Assembly (NCBI RefSeq): GCF_028641065.1
Contig: NC_073382.1
Span: 3,286,001-3,350,000 of the forward strand
From: Leucoraja erinacea
Taxonomy: Eukaryota
Direction of reading: 5' to 3'
DNA: 64,000 nucleotides
Positions 51,401 to 64,000 of this stretch are shown here, piece after piece; positions within the stretch are counted from its first letter, which is position 1, and each line of letters starts with the position of its first letter. Both the position numbers and the translations under genes were made by a program. The notes beneath the pieces are model-generated. The model ran no database searches and was not told the origin of the DNA. It worked only from the letters and a program-made list of their open reading frames with translations.

Positions 51401-54400
51401 CCTGCATCTAGCCTGTCCAACCCCTTAAGAATTTTGTAAGTTTCTATAAGATCCCCCTCAATCTTCTAAAATCTAGCGAGTACAAGCCAAGTCTATCCAG
51501 TCTTTCTTCATTTGAAAGTCCTGACATCCCAGGAATCAGTCTGGTGAACCTTCTCTGTACTCCCTCTATGGTCTGTTTCCCCAACGGCGTTTGCGGGGGG
51601 GGGGGGGGGGGAGAAGAGGGGAGGGGAGGAGGAGGAGGAAACGGGATAGATTTGGGAGTGAAAGGAGAGCGGGGTAGGGGGTGGGGGTGAGGGATGGGGA
51701 GAGAGCTTTGGGGGAGGGGGGAGGGGGGAGGGGAGGAGGGGAGCAGGGTGGGATGGGGAGAGAGGGGTGGATGGAAAGAGGGGAAAGAATGGGGAGGGAG
51801 GAGGAGAGGGGTAGCGGGCGGGAGTGATGGAAGAGGGACAGGGGTCTAGGGGAAGGGTGTGGGGGGAGAGAAGGTAGGGGGTGGGGTAGAGAGGGAAGGG
51901 GGTGGGGGGGAGAGGGATGGGAGAGGGGTGAGGAGAGGGGGAGGAGACAGTGGGAGAGAAGTGGAAGAGTGGGGAGGGAGGGAGGGGTAGAGGGGTAGCG
52001 GGAGTGGTAGAAGAGGGACAGACGGGTAGGGGGAAGGGGGCGGTGGTAGAGAGGGAAAGGGGGTGGGAGAGAGAGAGATGGGTGGCGGGGGAGAGAGAGA
52101 TGGGTGGCATAGGGAGAGGGGTGAGGAGAGGGACACATAGAAACAGAAATTAAGTGCAGTAGTAGGCCATTCGGCCCTTCGAGCCTGCACCATTCTCCAT
52201 TCAATATGATCACGGCTGATAGAAACATAGAAACATAGAAATTAGGTGCAGGAGTAGGCCATTCGGCCCTTCGAGCCTGCACCGCCATTCAATATGATCA
52301 TGGCTGATCATCCAACTCAGTATCCCATACCTGCCTTCTGTCCATACCCCCTGATCCCCTCAGCCACAAGGGCCACATCTAACTCCCTCTTAAATATAGC
52401 CAATGAACTGGCCTCAACTACCCTCTGTGGCAGAGAGTTCCAGAGATTCACCACTCTCTGTGTGAAAAAAAAAGTTCTTCTCATCTCGGTTTTTAAGGAT
52501 TTCCCCCTTATCCTTAAGCTGTGACCCCCTTGTCCTGGACTTCCCCAACATCGGGAGCAATCTTCCTGCATCTAGCCTGTCCAACCCTTTAAGAATTTTG
52601 TAAGTTTCTATAAGATCCCCTCTCAATCTCCTAAATTCTAGAGAGTATAAACCAAGTCTATCCAGTCTTTCTTCATAAGACAGTCCTGACATCCCAGGAA
52701 TCAGTCTGTTGAACCGTCTCTGCACTCCCTCTATGGCAATAATGTCCTTCCTCAGATTTGGAGACCAAAACTGTACGCAATACTCCAGGTGTGGTCTCAC
52801 CAAGACCCTGTACAACTGCAGTAGAACCTCCCTGCTCCTATACTCAAATCCTTTTGCAATGAAAGCTAACATACCATTGGCTTTCTTTACTGCCTGCTGC
52901 ACCTGCATGCCTACCTTCAATGACTGGTGTACCATGACACCCAGGTCTCGCTGCATCTCCCCCTTTCCCAATCGACCACCATTTAGATAATAGTCTGCTT
53001 TCCCGTTTTTGCCACCAAAATGGATAACCTCACATTTATCCACATTATACTGCATCTGCCAAACATTTGCCCACTCACCCAGCCTATCCAAGTCACCTTG
53101 CAGTCTCCTAGCATCCTCCTCACAGCTAACACTGCCCCCCAGCTTAGTGTCATCCGCAAACTTGGAGATATTGCCTTCAATTCCCTCATTCAGATCATTA
53201 ATATATATTGTAAATAGCTGGGGTCCCAGCACTGAGCCTTGCGGTACCCCACTAGTCACTGCCTGACATTGCTGATTCTATGGGTGAGATGCCAGTTTTT
53301 TTTTTTGAAATATTGGGAGGGGGGGGGAGAAGGAGTTGATTAAAAATGTCTACATAAATACGACAAAATGTAATCAGGAGTTTCTATAAGATCCTCCCTC
53401 AATCTTCTAAAATCTAGCGAGTACAAGCCGAGTCTATCCAGTCTTTCTTCATATGAAAGTCCTGACATCCCAAGAATCAGTCTGGTGAACCTTAACCATA
53501 TAACCATATAACAATTACAGCACGGAAACAGGCCATCTCGACACTTCTAGTCCGTGACGAACACGTATTCTCCCCTAGTCCCATATACCTGCACTCAGAC
53601 CATAACCTTCCATTCCTTTCCCGTCCATATAACTATCCAATTTATTTTTAAATTATAAAAACGAACCTGCCTCCACCACCTTCAATGGAAGCTCATTCCA
53701 CACAGCCACCACTCTCTGAGTAAAGAAGTTCCCCCTCATGTTACACCTAAACTTCTGTCCCTTAATTCTCATGTCATGTCCCCTTGTTTGAATCTTCCCT
53801 ACTCACAGTGGGAAAAGCTTATCCACATCAACTCTGTCTATCCCTCTCATCATTTTAAAGACCTCTATCAAGTCCCCCCTTAACCTTCTGCGCTCCAAAG
53901 AATAAAGCCCTAACTTGTTCAACCTTTCTCTGTAACTTAGTGGCTGAAACCCAGGCAACATTCTAGTAAATCTCCTCTGTACTCTCTCTATTTTGTTGAC
54001 ATCCTTCCTATAATTAGGCGACCAAAATTGTACACCATACTCCAGAATTGGCCTCACCAATGCCTTGTACAATTTTAACAGTACATCCCAACTTCTATAC
54101 TCAATGCTCTGATTTATAAAGGCCAGCACACCAAAAGCTTTCTTTACCACCCTATCTACATGAGATTCCACTTTCAGGGAACTGTGCACAGTTATTCCCA
54201 GATCCCTCTGTTCACCTACATTCTTCAATTCCCTACCATTTACCATGTAATTCCCTACCATTTACCATGTAAGAGGAGAGAAGTGGGAGAGTGGGGAGGA
54301 AGGGGTAGAGAGACTGGTGGAAGAGGGACAGAGTGGTAGGGGAAGGGGGTGGGGGTAGAGAGGGAAGGGGGGTGAGGGAGAGAGAGAGGGGAGAGGGGAG

Positions 54401-56608
54401 AGAGAACATAGAAAATAGGTGCAAGTGCAGAGTAGGCCATTCGGCCCTTCGAGCCTGCACCGCCATTCAATATGATCATGGCTGATCATCCAACTCAGTA
54501 TCCTGTACCTGCCTTCTCTCCATACCCCCTGATCCCTTTAGCCACAAGGGCCACATCTAACTCCCTCTTAAATATAGCCAATGAACTGGCCTCAACTACC
54601 TTCTGTGGCAGAGAGTTCCAGAGATTCACCACTCTCTGTGTGAAAAAATGTTCTTCTCATCTCGGTTTTTAAAGGATTTCCCCCTTATCATCAAAGACCC
54701 ACACCATCCTGGCCACAAAAAAGCGTACTCTGACAGAATGACAGTTAGTGAAGAATTTGAATAATCGCTGAGCGTTCTCTATGGCAACAATGTATTTGAG
54801 CATTGGGCATTGTGACATCACACGATGGAATGTTCACCGGGGCTGTGGCTCCTGCAAAGGCATATGTAAATGAATCCATTCCGATTGGCCATCTGTGAGC
54901 ATCGGGCATTGTGACATCACACGATGGAACGTTCACAGGAGGCTGCTTGTGTGGGTTAGAATCCAGTTTTTTTTTTGAAATATTGAGGTGGCAGGGGGGG
55001 GGGTGTAGGATTTGATTAAAAAAGCGTACTTAAACACGACGAAATGTAACGAGGAGCGGATACTTAGAAAGAAAAGCGAAATCTCTACCGAAATGGAAAA
55101 GACGTCGGCGATCCTGCGTCCGGTTTCGGAGTTGCGGAGCGTCAAAGGAAGAAACGCGCGGCGGACGCCGTACGGCGGCAGGCGGACTGATTTGAGTTTT
55201 ATATATATAAAGATAAGATACTAGACCAAGTGCAGACCCGTTGGGTCTGTTTCCCCAACAGCGTTTGCGGGGGGGGGGGGGGGGTGGTGGGGAGGGGGAG
55301 TAGGGGCTGCAGCATCACACTCAAATTAACCACCCCCCAAACTCACAGGTGGGGGGGGGGGGGGGGGGGGGGGGTGGTGAGAAGAGGGGAGGGAGGGGAG
55401 AGGAGGAGGAGGAAACATGACAGATTTGGGAGGGAAAGGAGAGCGGGGTAGGGGGTGAGAGAGGGGGATGGGGAGAGAGATGTGGGGGAGGGGGGAATGG
55501 GGAGGGAGGGGGGGGAGGGGGGGGAGAGGGGTGGAGGGAGAGAGACGGGAAAGAGTGGGGAGTGAGAGGGAGGAGGAGAGGGGTAGGGGAAGGGGGCGGG
55601 TGGAGAGAGGGAAGGGGGGTGAGGGAGAGAGGGAGAGGGGTGAGGGAGAGGGGTGAGGAGAGGGAGAGGGGTGAAGAGAGGGAAACATAGAAATTAAGTG
55701 CAGTAGTAGGCCATTCGGCCCTTCGAGCCTGCACCACCATTCAATATGATCAAGGATGATCATCCAACTCAGTATCCTGTACCTGCCTTCTCTCCATACC
55801 CCCTGATCCCTTTAGCCACAAGGGCCACATCTAACTCCCTCTTAAATATAGCCAATGAACTGGCCTCCACTACCTTCTGTGGCAGAGAATTCCAGAGATT
55901 CACCACTCTCTGTGTGAAAAATGTTTCCCTCATCTCAGTACTAAAGGATTTCCCCTTTATCCTTAAACTGTGTCCCGCGTGTCCTGGACTTCCCCAACAT
56001 CTGGAACAATCTTCCTGCATCAGACAAATGCAATTCAGGACTTTTCACTTCACAAGCAAATCAGAAATGACAGTTAGTGAAGAATTTGAATAATCGCTGA
56101 GCGTTCTCTATGGCAACAATGTATTTGAGCATTGGGCATTGTGACATCACACGATGGAACGTTCACCGGGGCTGTGGCTCCTGCAAAGGCATATGTAAAT
56201 GAATCCATTCCGATTGGCCATCTGTGAGCATCGGGCATTGTGACATCACACGATGGAACGTTCACAGGAGGCTGCTTGTGTGGATGAGAAACCAGTTTTT
56301 TTTTGAAATATTGAGGTGGTGGGGGGGGGGATGTAGGATTTGATTAAAAAAGCGTACTTAAACACGACGAAATGTAACGAGGAGCGGATACTTAGAAAGA
56401 AAAGCGAAATCTCTACCGAAATGGAAAAGACGTCGGCGATCCTGCGTCCGGTTTCGGAGTTGCGGAGCGTCAAAGGAAGAAACGTGGCGGACGCCATACG
56501 GCGGCAGGCGGACTGATTTGAGTTTTATATATATAAAGATATATATAAGATAAGAAAGATAAGATATAAGATAAGATATATAGATAAGATAAGATAAGAA
56601 AGATAAGA
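47329..56608 (-). mobile_element. Composite/tandem non-autonomous Helitron array (units 47329-50569, 50570-55220, 55221-56608) with captured CR1 fragments and G-rich tracts
   Basis: On the minus strand it starts A|TC, ends with hairpin CAGACCC-aac-GGGTCTG plus 8 nt plus CTAG|T, and has no TSD. The empty site attgttatA^Tgtccc is present in unit A (~37521-37535). Confidence 0.88.
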
Positions 56609-59600
56609 TGTCCCAGATAGAACAATGAAATTCTTACTTGCAGCAGCACAACAGAATATGTCAACACAGTACACTGTAAACAATATAAGAAATGAGAAAA
56701 AAAAGTTCAGTGTGTGTTTTCTCTCTATGTGTGTGTATATAATACCCACACATATAAAAATAAACAAACAATAATAGTGCAGAAAAACACATATACATAT
56801 ATATTATACATACATAGAGTCATAGTGTGATACAGTGTGAAAATAGGCCCTTCGGCCCACCTTGCTCATACTGGCCAACATATCCCACCTCCACTAGTCC
56901 CACCTGCCTGAGTTTGGTCCATATTCCTCCAAACCTGTCCTATCCATGTATCTAACTATTTCTTAAATGTCGGGGTAGTCCCAGCCTCAACTACCTCCTC
57001 TGGCAGCGTACTCCATACACCCACCACCCTATGTGTGAAAACAAAACTACCCCTTAAAAAGTTACCTCTTAAAAATATTTAAAACAAAAAAACATTGAAA
57101 TCATACTTCTACAATGCACTAAAACATGATTTTAATACATCAATACATCTTTTCCCCTTCAACGTTAAACCTATGTCCTCTGATCCTCGATTCACCTACT
57201 CTGGGCAAGAGACTTTGTGCATCTACCCATCTATTCCTCTCATTATTTTATACATAATATATACATATATATATATCTTTATGGATCTTATAGAAACTTA
57301 CAAAATTCTTAAGGGGTTGGACAGGCTAGATGGAGGAAGATTGTTCCCGATGTTGGGGAAGTCCAGAACAAGGGGTCACAGTTTAAGGATAAGGGGGAAG
57401 TCTTTTAGGACCGAGATGAGAAAAACATTTTTCACACAGAGAGTGGTGAATCTGTGGAATTCTCTGCCACAGAAGGTAGTTGAGGCCAGTTCATTGGCTA
57501 TATTTAAGAGGGAGTTAGATGTAGCCCTTGTGGCTAAAGGGATCAGGAATCAGGAGAAGGCAGGTACAGGATACTGATGATCAGCCATGATCATATTGAA
57601 TGGCGGTGTAGGCTCGAAGGGCCGAATGGCCTACTCCTGCACCTATTTTCTATGTTTCTATACACACACATATAAAATACTAAAAATAATAGTGCAATAA
57701 TAACAATAATAGTCTATGTCTTTTCCACTTTACATTATGGAGGCCTCGCATAATTGTGCAGGAAATAAGTCAAACATCAGCCTCCTTGGTACCAAAGGAA
57801 ACAACCCTAACTAATCCAATCTTTCCTCAAAAATAAGAATTTCCAGTGGAAAGTTATATTGTAACCCATCTGTGCATCTTCTCAATTATAATCAGATCCT
57901 TCCTGCAATGTGGTGAACAGAATAAAATGTCGTCAAGGGACTGGCAATAAATGCCACCCTTACCATCTACATTCACATCACAGCCATTAATTCTTCAAAG
58001 TTTCCTGGCTTTGATTACATATTACATCTTTTTATATTGACCCTCTGAATATTAATAGTGATGCACTGTTCCCTGCCTTTTATTATCTATTCATTCAGTT
58101 GAACAGGCTGAGGTTGTTATGTATGCCAAAATAAAATGCACAATGATTAATTAGAAGCAGTGAAATTGGAAATTCACCAGCGATTATGATATCTATTTTA
58201 GAATCTGCCTTGTCAGCATGTTTAGTTAATGCAAGATAAATTATAATTAAAGGATACTTGGTTCCATTTTATTTTTTATTTTTAATACATTCAAATGAGG
58301 AAGTTGAATTACACCATCTCTCAGTTTAATGCTAGTGTAAATGTGCAATCCGTAGTCTGCCTTTCTAACTCACACTCTTGGAGATGTGCAAGGCACAAAA
58401 TGTTTCCTTGGTGCTTTTAAAAACATGTTTTTATCCAAATAAAGTTTTTGAAAATTAAACTCTAGTTTTGTTTATCAAAAAAAAAAAACTTAAGAGAAAA
58501 ACATACTAAGACATGAGGGGGAAAGATGGGTTGAAAGCACGGTATTTTACCCAGTTGGGGAATCAAGAACCATAGGACATAAGTTTAAGGTGGGGGGGGA
58601 GCAAACATTTAATAGGAAACTGAGGTTCAGTTTCTTTACACAGAAGATGGTGGTGGGTATATGGAACAAGCTGCTAGAGGAGATACAGTAGCTAAGGCAA
58701 GTGTTATAACAACATTTAAAAGACATTTGGACAGGTACATGGATAGGAAATGTTTTGAGAGATATGGGCCAGACATCGACAGGTGGGACTAGCCTATTTC
58801 CATGCCGTATGACTCTATGACTCAATTATACTTCAGCCGATCAAATGTTACAATTCCTTGGGGACAATCAGTGTAGTCAGCATCTGTCTGTCCAAATCTC
58901 ACCAACAACATCACAGTTCTGGATAAAAGAGAAATACAGATGGGGCATTGTGTTCAGGTTAGCTGCTACAAGAAACAGTAATAGCATTTTCTAAACACTA
59001 TGCTAGCTGTAAAACACGTTGGCATGTCCAGAGGTTAAGAAGGGCCCTTTTAAAACATGCATTTCTGATTTTAAATGTCCAGCTTCAGATAGTGGATAAG
59101 CATCACAAAAAAAGGCCAATTTTAATAGTAAACGATTAAAAACATTTCAAGTGATAAATGAAATCGTTATTTTCTAATACGCGTTGTTCTCAACTTTCCC
59201 CACAACAACTAGTTTCTGTCCTTCTGTTTTATTTCACCATCACATTCTTGGCTAGGTTAGATTTACTGTTGAGCCCTTGGTATAATTGGTAGCATAAGTG
59301 GTAATTTCTCTTTCAAGCTGACCTGAAATGCAAGTTAGTATATTTTCCTCTGTTTTTAATTTTATTTGTGCCTGGGTTCATGTTAATCTGTTTCTTACAT
59401 AATGATTTTAATCTTATAGGGCTCAACAGTAAATGCATATAGCTTTATCTAATTTTTCTTATTCTTCCCGTGTTTTCCAGTTGATCAAAGCACAACATTT
59501 ATGGGTTTCAATCAGTCAACTGGGGTCTAGGAAAGAGCGGTCACGTCGCGGCCCTGTTTTCACCAATCTTTCCACCACCACACACAAGAAGCGCAAGACA

Positions 59601-61970
59601 GACACCATTGTATGCAGATGCCGAGAAGTGTGTTCAGCTCTGGCTGTACACTACTAATCTTGTGTGTGGGCTCGATAAGAAGAAGAATCAATCAACTCTA
59701 TTTCGACTAATCAGAAGAACAGTTATTGTGGACAATAAATACAATGGTATTGTAAATGCTTGAATCTTGAGCAAAACACTAAATCTTAAGAAGGGTCCTG
59801 ACACAAAACATTGTCTATCCATTACCTCTACAGATGCCGCCTGATCGATCCATTGTGTTAGTGCAGCGTTTTGTGTTTTGCTCAAGATTCAAGCATTTAC
59901 AATTCCTCTCTATCTATGCCTTCAAAATATCCACTGACTTGACCTCCACAGCCCTCTGTGGCAATGAGTTCCACAGATGGTTACTACCCTCTGACTAAAG
60001 AAGTTCCTCCTCACCTCCTTTCTAAAAGAGCGCCCTTTAATTATGAGGCTATGACCTCTTTTCCTAGACTCTCACAACAGTGGAAACATCCTTTCCACGT
60101 CCACTCTATACATGCCTTTCATTATTCTGGGCAAGCTTATTGTTAATGCTTGATGCATAAATGGCAAAATATTCCTTTTGGCTACGGTCACCATAACCTG
60201 CACTTCCTTTTCCCTAATTTTTTTACTGACTAAATTAAAATGCCCAGTCTCTTACTACTTTTCCCTTCCTTCTGTTCCGTGAGACAGAGCACCAGATTTC
60301 TGAGAATTTTGACAAGTGTCATGATTGCCGATGCTCACATCAGTGGTTCAGGATACACGCTGAACTGGATCGGACCTGTGTGTGTCTTTGGCATTTTGCA
60401 TGACCATTTATGGACCTAAATTAACACTCCGTGTCTTCGTGCTGTGAGGGAAGGTTTAATTCTGGTGCAATGAGGAAAAATCATGCTCTTGTCGTCTGAC
60501 TGTGGTTCTACTCGGAGCTGAAACAATGAAACCATACAAAGTCCATTGGCCCTTCCAATTCAGCCTGGGTGAGTAGAGGCACCATCAGCAGTTCTGAACA
60601 CAATATGCTTGAGAATAATATTATTGGGAGGAATAGAGCAGTTCAGTAGAATGGCAGTGATATTTTTATAAGGCCAACAATATCGCAAAGCCATGGCAGA
60701 CTAGTATCATTATTTGTCTTATTTTTTCCTATTTTCCTGAGGATCAGATGTGGAGGGCATTTGAATCTCAGTGACGAAGTAGCTTTGTTCAGGAAGAAAA
60801 ACTGGAGAAGATAATTTTCAAAAAGATGATGTTATTTGAATTTTTAGAAATTTTCAGCAAACCCATCTTTACGAAACTCTATTGGTTTTGATAAGATGGG
60901 TAATAGTAAACTATTTGCACTGAAAGGAGTGTATGACTCGAAGACATAGGTTCATGGTATTGGCAAGAAACCCAGTGAGAGTTTAGTTAAAATATTTACC
61001 GAGTTATTGTGCTCTGCAATGTACTAGCGAATACAGTGATGGAAACAGGGTCGTGATTTTCAAAAGAAAATTATATAAATACTTGGAAAGTGTAAGGAGG
61101 AGGATGTGATAATTGGTACCCCTTCAGAGTATTGCCACAAGCAAAATGGACAAAATAGTCCTTTTCAGTGTGATTTGGTGAAAAAAACGTGGAAATTTAA
61201 GCAAGAAACAAGAAAGAACAGATCTTTCGGTAAATGAAAATTTAACAAGCATGTGATTCGTATCACAATAAGATTTTTAAGGAAGATTACTAACAACCTT
61301 CAGGATTTTTAAGGAAGATTACAACATGCAGAGCTTGGAGAGACATTTATGAATTCTCTTATATGCTAGAGTGGAAAGTGAAGTGCTGTGTTATATCAGT
61401 GAGATAATGAACAAAAGGAGATATAGGTATTATTCATTACTATTATAACCACATCTTTTTACACTTTCTCGTCCACAATAATTGGTTCAAGTTTAAATAA
61501 GGATATGGAGATGTCAGACATACAGTACATAGATTTCATTTTATCTCCCTCCGCGGATTGAGTTTTTGAGAAATACAAGACATTCTTTAAACCAAGTTAA
61601 TTCTATCTATATTTTTATCGTTTCATTATTTTATGTAGAATAAGCCATGCGATTGTGCAATAAATATAATTTGGAGACTTAACAAATAATGCTTTAAATT
61701 GTTTAGACATCTTTTATTAGGTGATGTTAGAATCTACTTCTCAATGTATTTAAAAATGCCAACTCTTAATGCCTTTAAAAAGTTATATTAATCCAATATA
61801 AAGAACTTTTCACTTTCATTGTGAAAATGTGCATGAGATATAATTGTCCAATGAAGAGAATTGTAATCAAGTTTTGTCCTTAAGGAGATTTACATTTTGC
61901 TGCTGTCACGTGAATTTATATATGGAGTAACTCAGTGGGACAGGCAGCATCTCAAAGAGAAGGAATGGGT

Positions 61971-61998
61971 GACGTTTCGGGTCAAGACCCTTCTTCAG
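61971..61998 (-). ncRNA. Putative minimal hammerhead ribozyme core
   Basis: Minus strand: CTGAAGA-A-GGGT(CTTG)ACCC-GAAA-CG-TC. Confidence 0.6.
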
Positions 61999-62589
61999 AC
62001 TATATATATACAGTATATATATAACATTTCTCTCATTAATTCTAAAAAATGAGTCCATTAAATCTTCTGTGGGTGTGGTTGACCAGATTACAAGAGCAGA
62101 GTTAAACCTTTCCATGCTCCTTTCCAAGTGTCTTTCAAGTCTCTTAATTGTACTGCCTCTATTACTTCGGTTGACATCTCATTCCATATCCACACCACTC
62201 TCTGTGTGAAAATAAATGGGGAACTCTCTTCATTGGAACTCGCTTCCTCAAAGGACAGTGGGAGCAGAGTCTGAATATTTTAAGATTAGAGGCAGATGGA
62301 GTCTTAATAAGCAAAGCGGTAAAGACACTGTGGCTAGGTAAGAATGTGGAGCTGAGGTTCCAGGCGTCTCACCGATGATCTTATCGAATGGTGGAGCAGG
62401 CTAGAAAGACCACATGGTGTACTCCTGCTCCTAATGGAGTTGTTTGCACGTATATGTCTCATTAGTTGGTTGGGACGTCTTGAGTTGGTGAAAGGTATGA
62501 AATAATGAGAGCAGTTCTTTCGCCATAACCCTGTGGTAAACTATGGACCTGATTTTAAGGTATATCTTATAGCCGGAGAGTTCAATGCA

Positions 62590-63830
62590 GAGATTCATGC
62601 ACCTGATGGTATCTATCCCAGGTCATTGAGAGAGACAATATAGGATATTGCTAGGATCTTGAAGGAGATCTTTGTATCATCTCATGTCACAGGTCAAGTC
62701 ACAGAAGTCAATATTCTTACCAATGTTATTCTTTCGTTTAAATAAGGCAGTTAGGATTATACAGCAAATCATACATTGGTGAGCTTGGTGATGGTGTCAG
62801 GGAAGCTTTGGAGAGGATCATTAGGGATAGTATTTATTTGCATTTGGAAAAGCAACAGTTTATTAGGGCTGGTCAGTAGAGCTTTGTGCTAGGGAGGTCA
62901 TGTTTCATGAACTTGACTGAGTGTTTTGAGATGACAGAGATGATTTAGTTTAGTTTAGTTTATTTTAGTTTTAGTCTAGAGATACAGCGTGGAAACAGGC
63001 CCTTCAGCCCACCGAGTCTGCACCGACCAGCGATCCCCGCACAATAACACAATCCTACACACGCTAGGGACAATTTACACATACACCAAGCCAATTTACC
63101 TTCATACCTGTACGTCTTTGGCTTGTGGGAGGAAAACGAAGATCTTGGAGAAAAACCACGCAGGTCACGGGGAGAACGTACAAATTCCGTACAGACAGCA
63201 CCCGTAGTCGGGATCGAACCTGGGTCACCGGTGCTGCAAGCGCTGTAAGTCAGCAAATCTACCGCTGTGCCGCCCAGTTGATAGGGAGGGTAGGGTAGCA
63301 GATGTTGTCCACATGAACGTTAGTACGATATTTTACAAAGTCCTCCACGGTAGACTGATCCAGAAGATTAGGATGCATGGGATCCACGATGACCTGGTAG
63401 ATTGGATTCGAAGTGGGCTTGGGTGCAGAAGGATGGGTGTTTCTCTGATTGCACGTTTCTGACCAGTGGTGTTCCGCAGGGATAAGTGCCGCCGTTTGTG
63501 ATATATTTGAATGATTTACGATGCGATACGATGGAACTTTTTTTAACTTAAAAAAAAAAGTTCTATCGTATCGTTAGATTTCATTTGCATGAAAATGTAG
63601 ACGGGCTGATCAGTAAGTTTTACAGATGACACAAACATTGTTGGAGTTGTGGACACAACAGGATTGTCAAAGGATACACAAAACTGCTGGGGAAACTCAG
63701 CGGGTGCAGCAGCATCTATGGATCGAAGGAAATAGGCAATGTTTCGGGCCGAAAGGATATAGCTGGATATAGATCGTTGGAGATATGGCTGGAGAAAAGC
63801 AGATGGAGTTTTTTCCTTGACAAATTTACC
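62590..63830 (+). mobile_element. Old degenerate CR1 RT fragment interrupted by a SINE and a Penelope-derived repeat
   Basis: Remnants of TSGVPQG, KFTDDT and GRSCFMNL. Confidence 0.6.
62945..63275 (-). mobile_element. tRNA-derived SINE. Other copies at ~1420-1715(-), 2190-2490(+), 3470-3765(-), 4230-4530(+), 24555-24820(-), 26240-26540(+), 35930-36210(+), 45730-46010(+)
   Basis: Pol III B box GGTTCGATCC, conserved core GTGCTCCGGTTTCC and (TAAAC)n tail. Confidence 0.8.
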
Positions 63831-64000
63831 ACACATATTCTTTAATCCTTCTCTTCTAAACTTCTAGATTAGTTGGATCTGTGGTGGAAGGTCATTCTTC
63901 AGGCTTGATGTCTGAGACCAGGATAGACACACGGTGCTGGGTAGGGCTTTTGAAGATAGCAGAGTCAGGGGATATGGGAGAAGGCAAGGACGGGGTACTG

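Larger units (their letters stand above)
39983..59060. repeat. Tandem segmental duplication unit B containing MPEG1-B and a 9.28 kb Helitron insertion
   Basis: Colinear with unit A on both sides of the 47329-56608 insertion, with a TGC microhomology at the junction. Confidence 0.93.

Noticed and set aside
47329-55763. Many Pro/Ser/Leu-rich extensin-like ORFs
   Set aside because: Translations of low-complexity G/A tracts.
56521-56608. CRISPR-like or satellite array
   Set aside because: Eukaryotic DNA with no repeat-spacer structure; better explained as Helitron end stubs.
29718-59060. MPEG1 duplication as an uncollapsed haplotype artefact
   Set aside because: The copies differ by three independent TE insertions, an 82 bp indel and many substitutions, and have a defined microhomology junction. 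Long-read confirmation is still desirable.
59400-60600. Unique-looking sequence with acceptor-like sites, possibly exons of a neighbouring gene
   Set aside because: No convincing reading frame or recognisable protein similarity by eye.

Overview
Eukaryotic, repeat-rich vertebrate genomic DNA, most likely from a cartilaginous fish (skate/ray-type CR1/HER1 LINEs, tRNA SINEs and Penelope relics; the taxon is inferred, not proven). There are three intact protein-coding genes. NIPA1 is complete on the minus strand: 5 coding exons, ATG 21029 to stop 4680, all GT-AG introns, about 308 aa. Two tandem, intronless MPEG1/perforin-2 paralogs lie on the plus strand (31567-33723 and 41115-43271), produced by a ~10.3 kb tandem duplication. 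The paralogs are ~98% identical in protein but differ in proximal promoter motifs (ISRE versus IRF-Ets composite, plus an 82 bp AP-1/NF-kB block) and in a cytosolic YxxPhi motif. The second duplicated unit carries a 9.28 kb array of non-autonomous Helitron units with captured CR1 DNA, and its empty A^T target site is visible in the first unit. An abundant Penelope-derived repeat carries minimal hammerhead-ribozyme motifs. Two further ~2 kb tandem duplications, a fold-back CR1 and several nested transposons complete the window. Coordinates were read by eye; repeat boundaries are approximate unless junction sequence is quoted.
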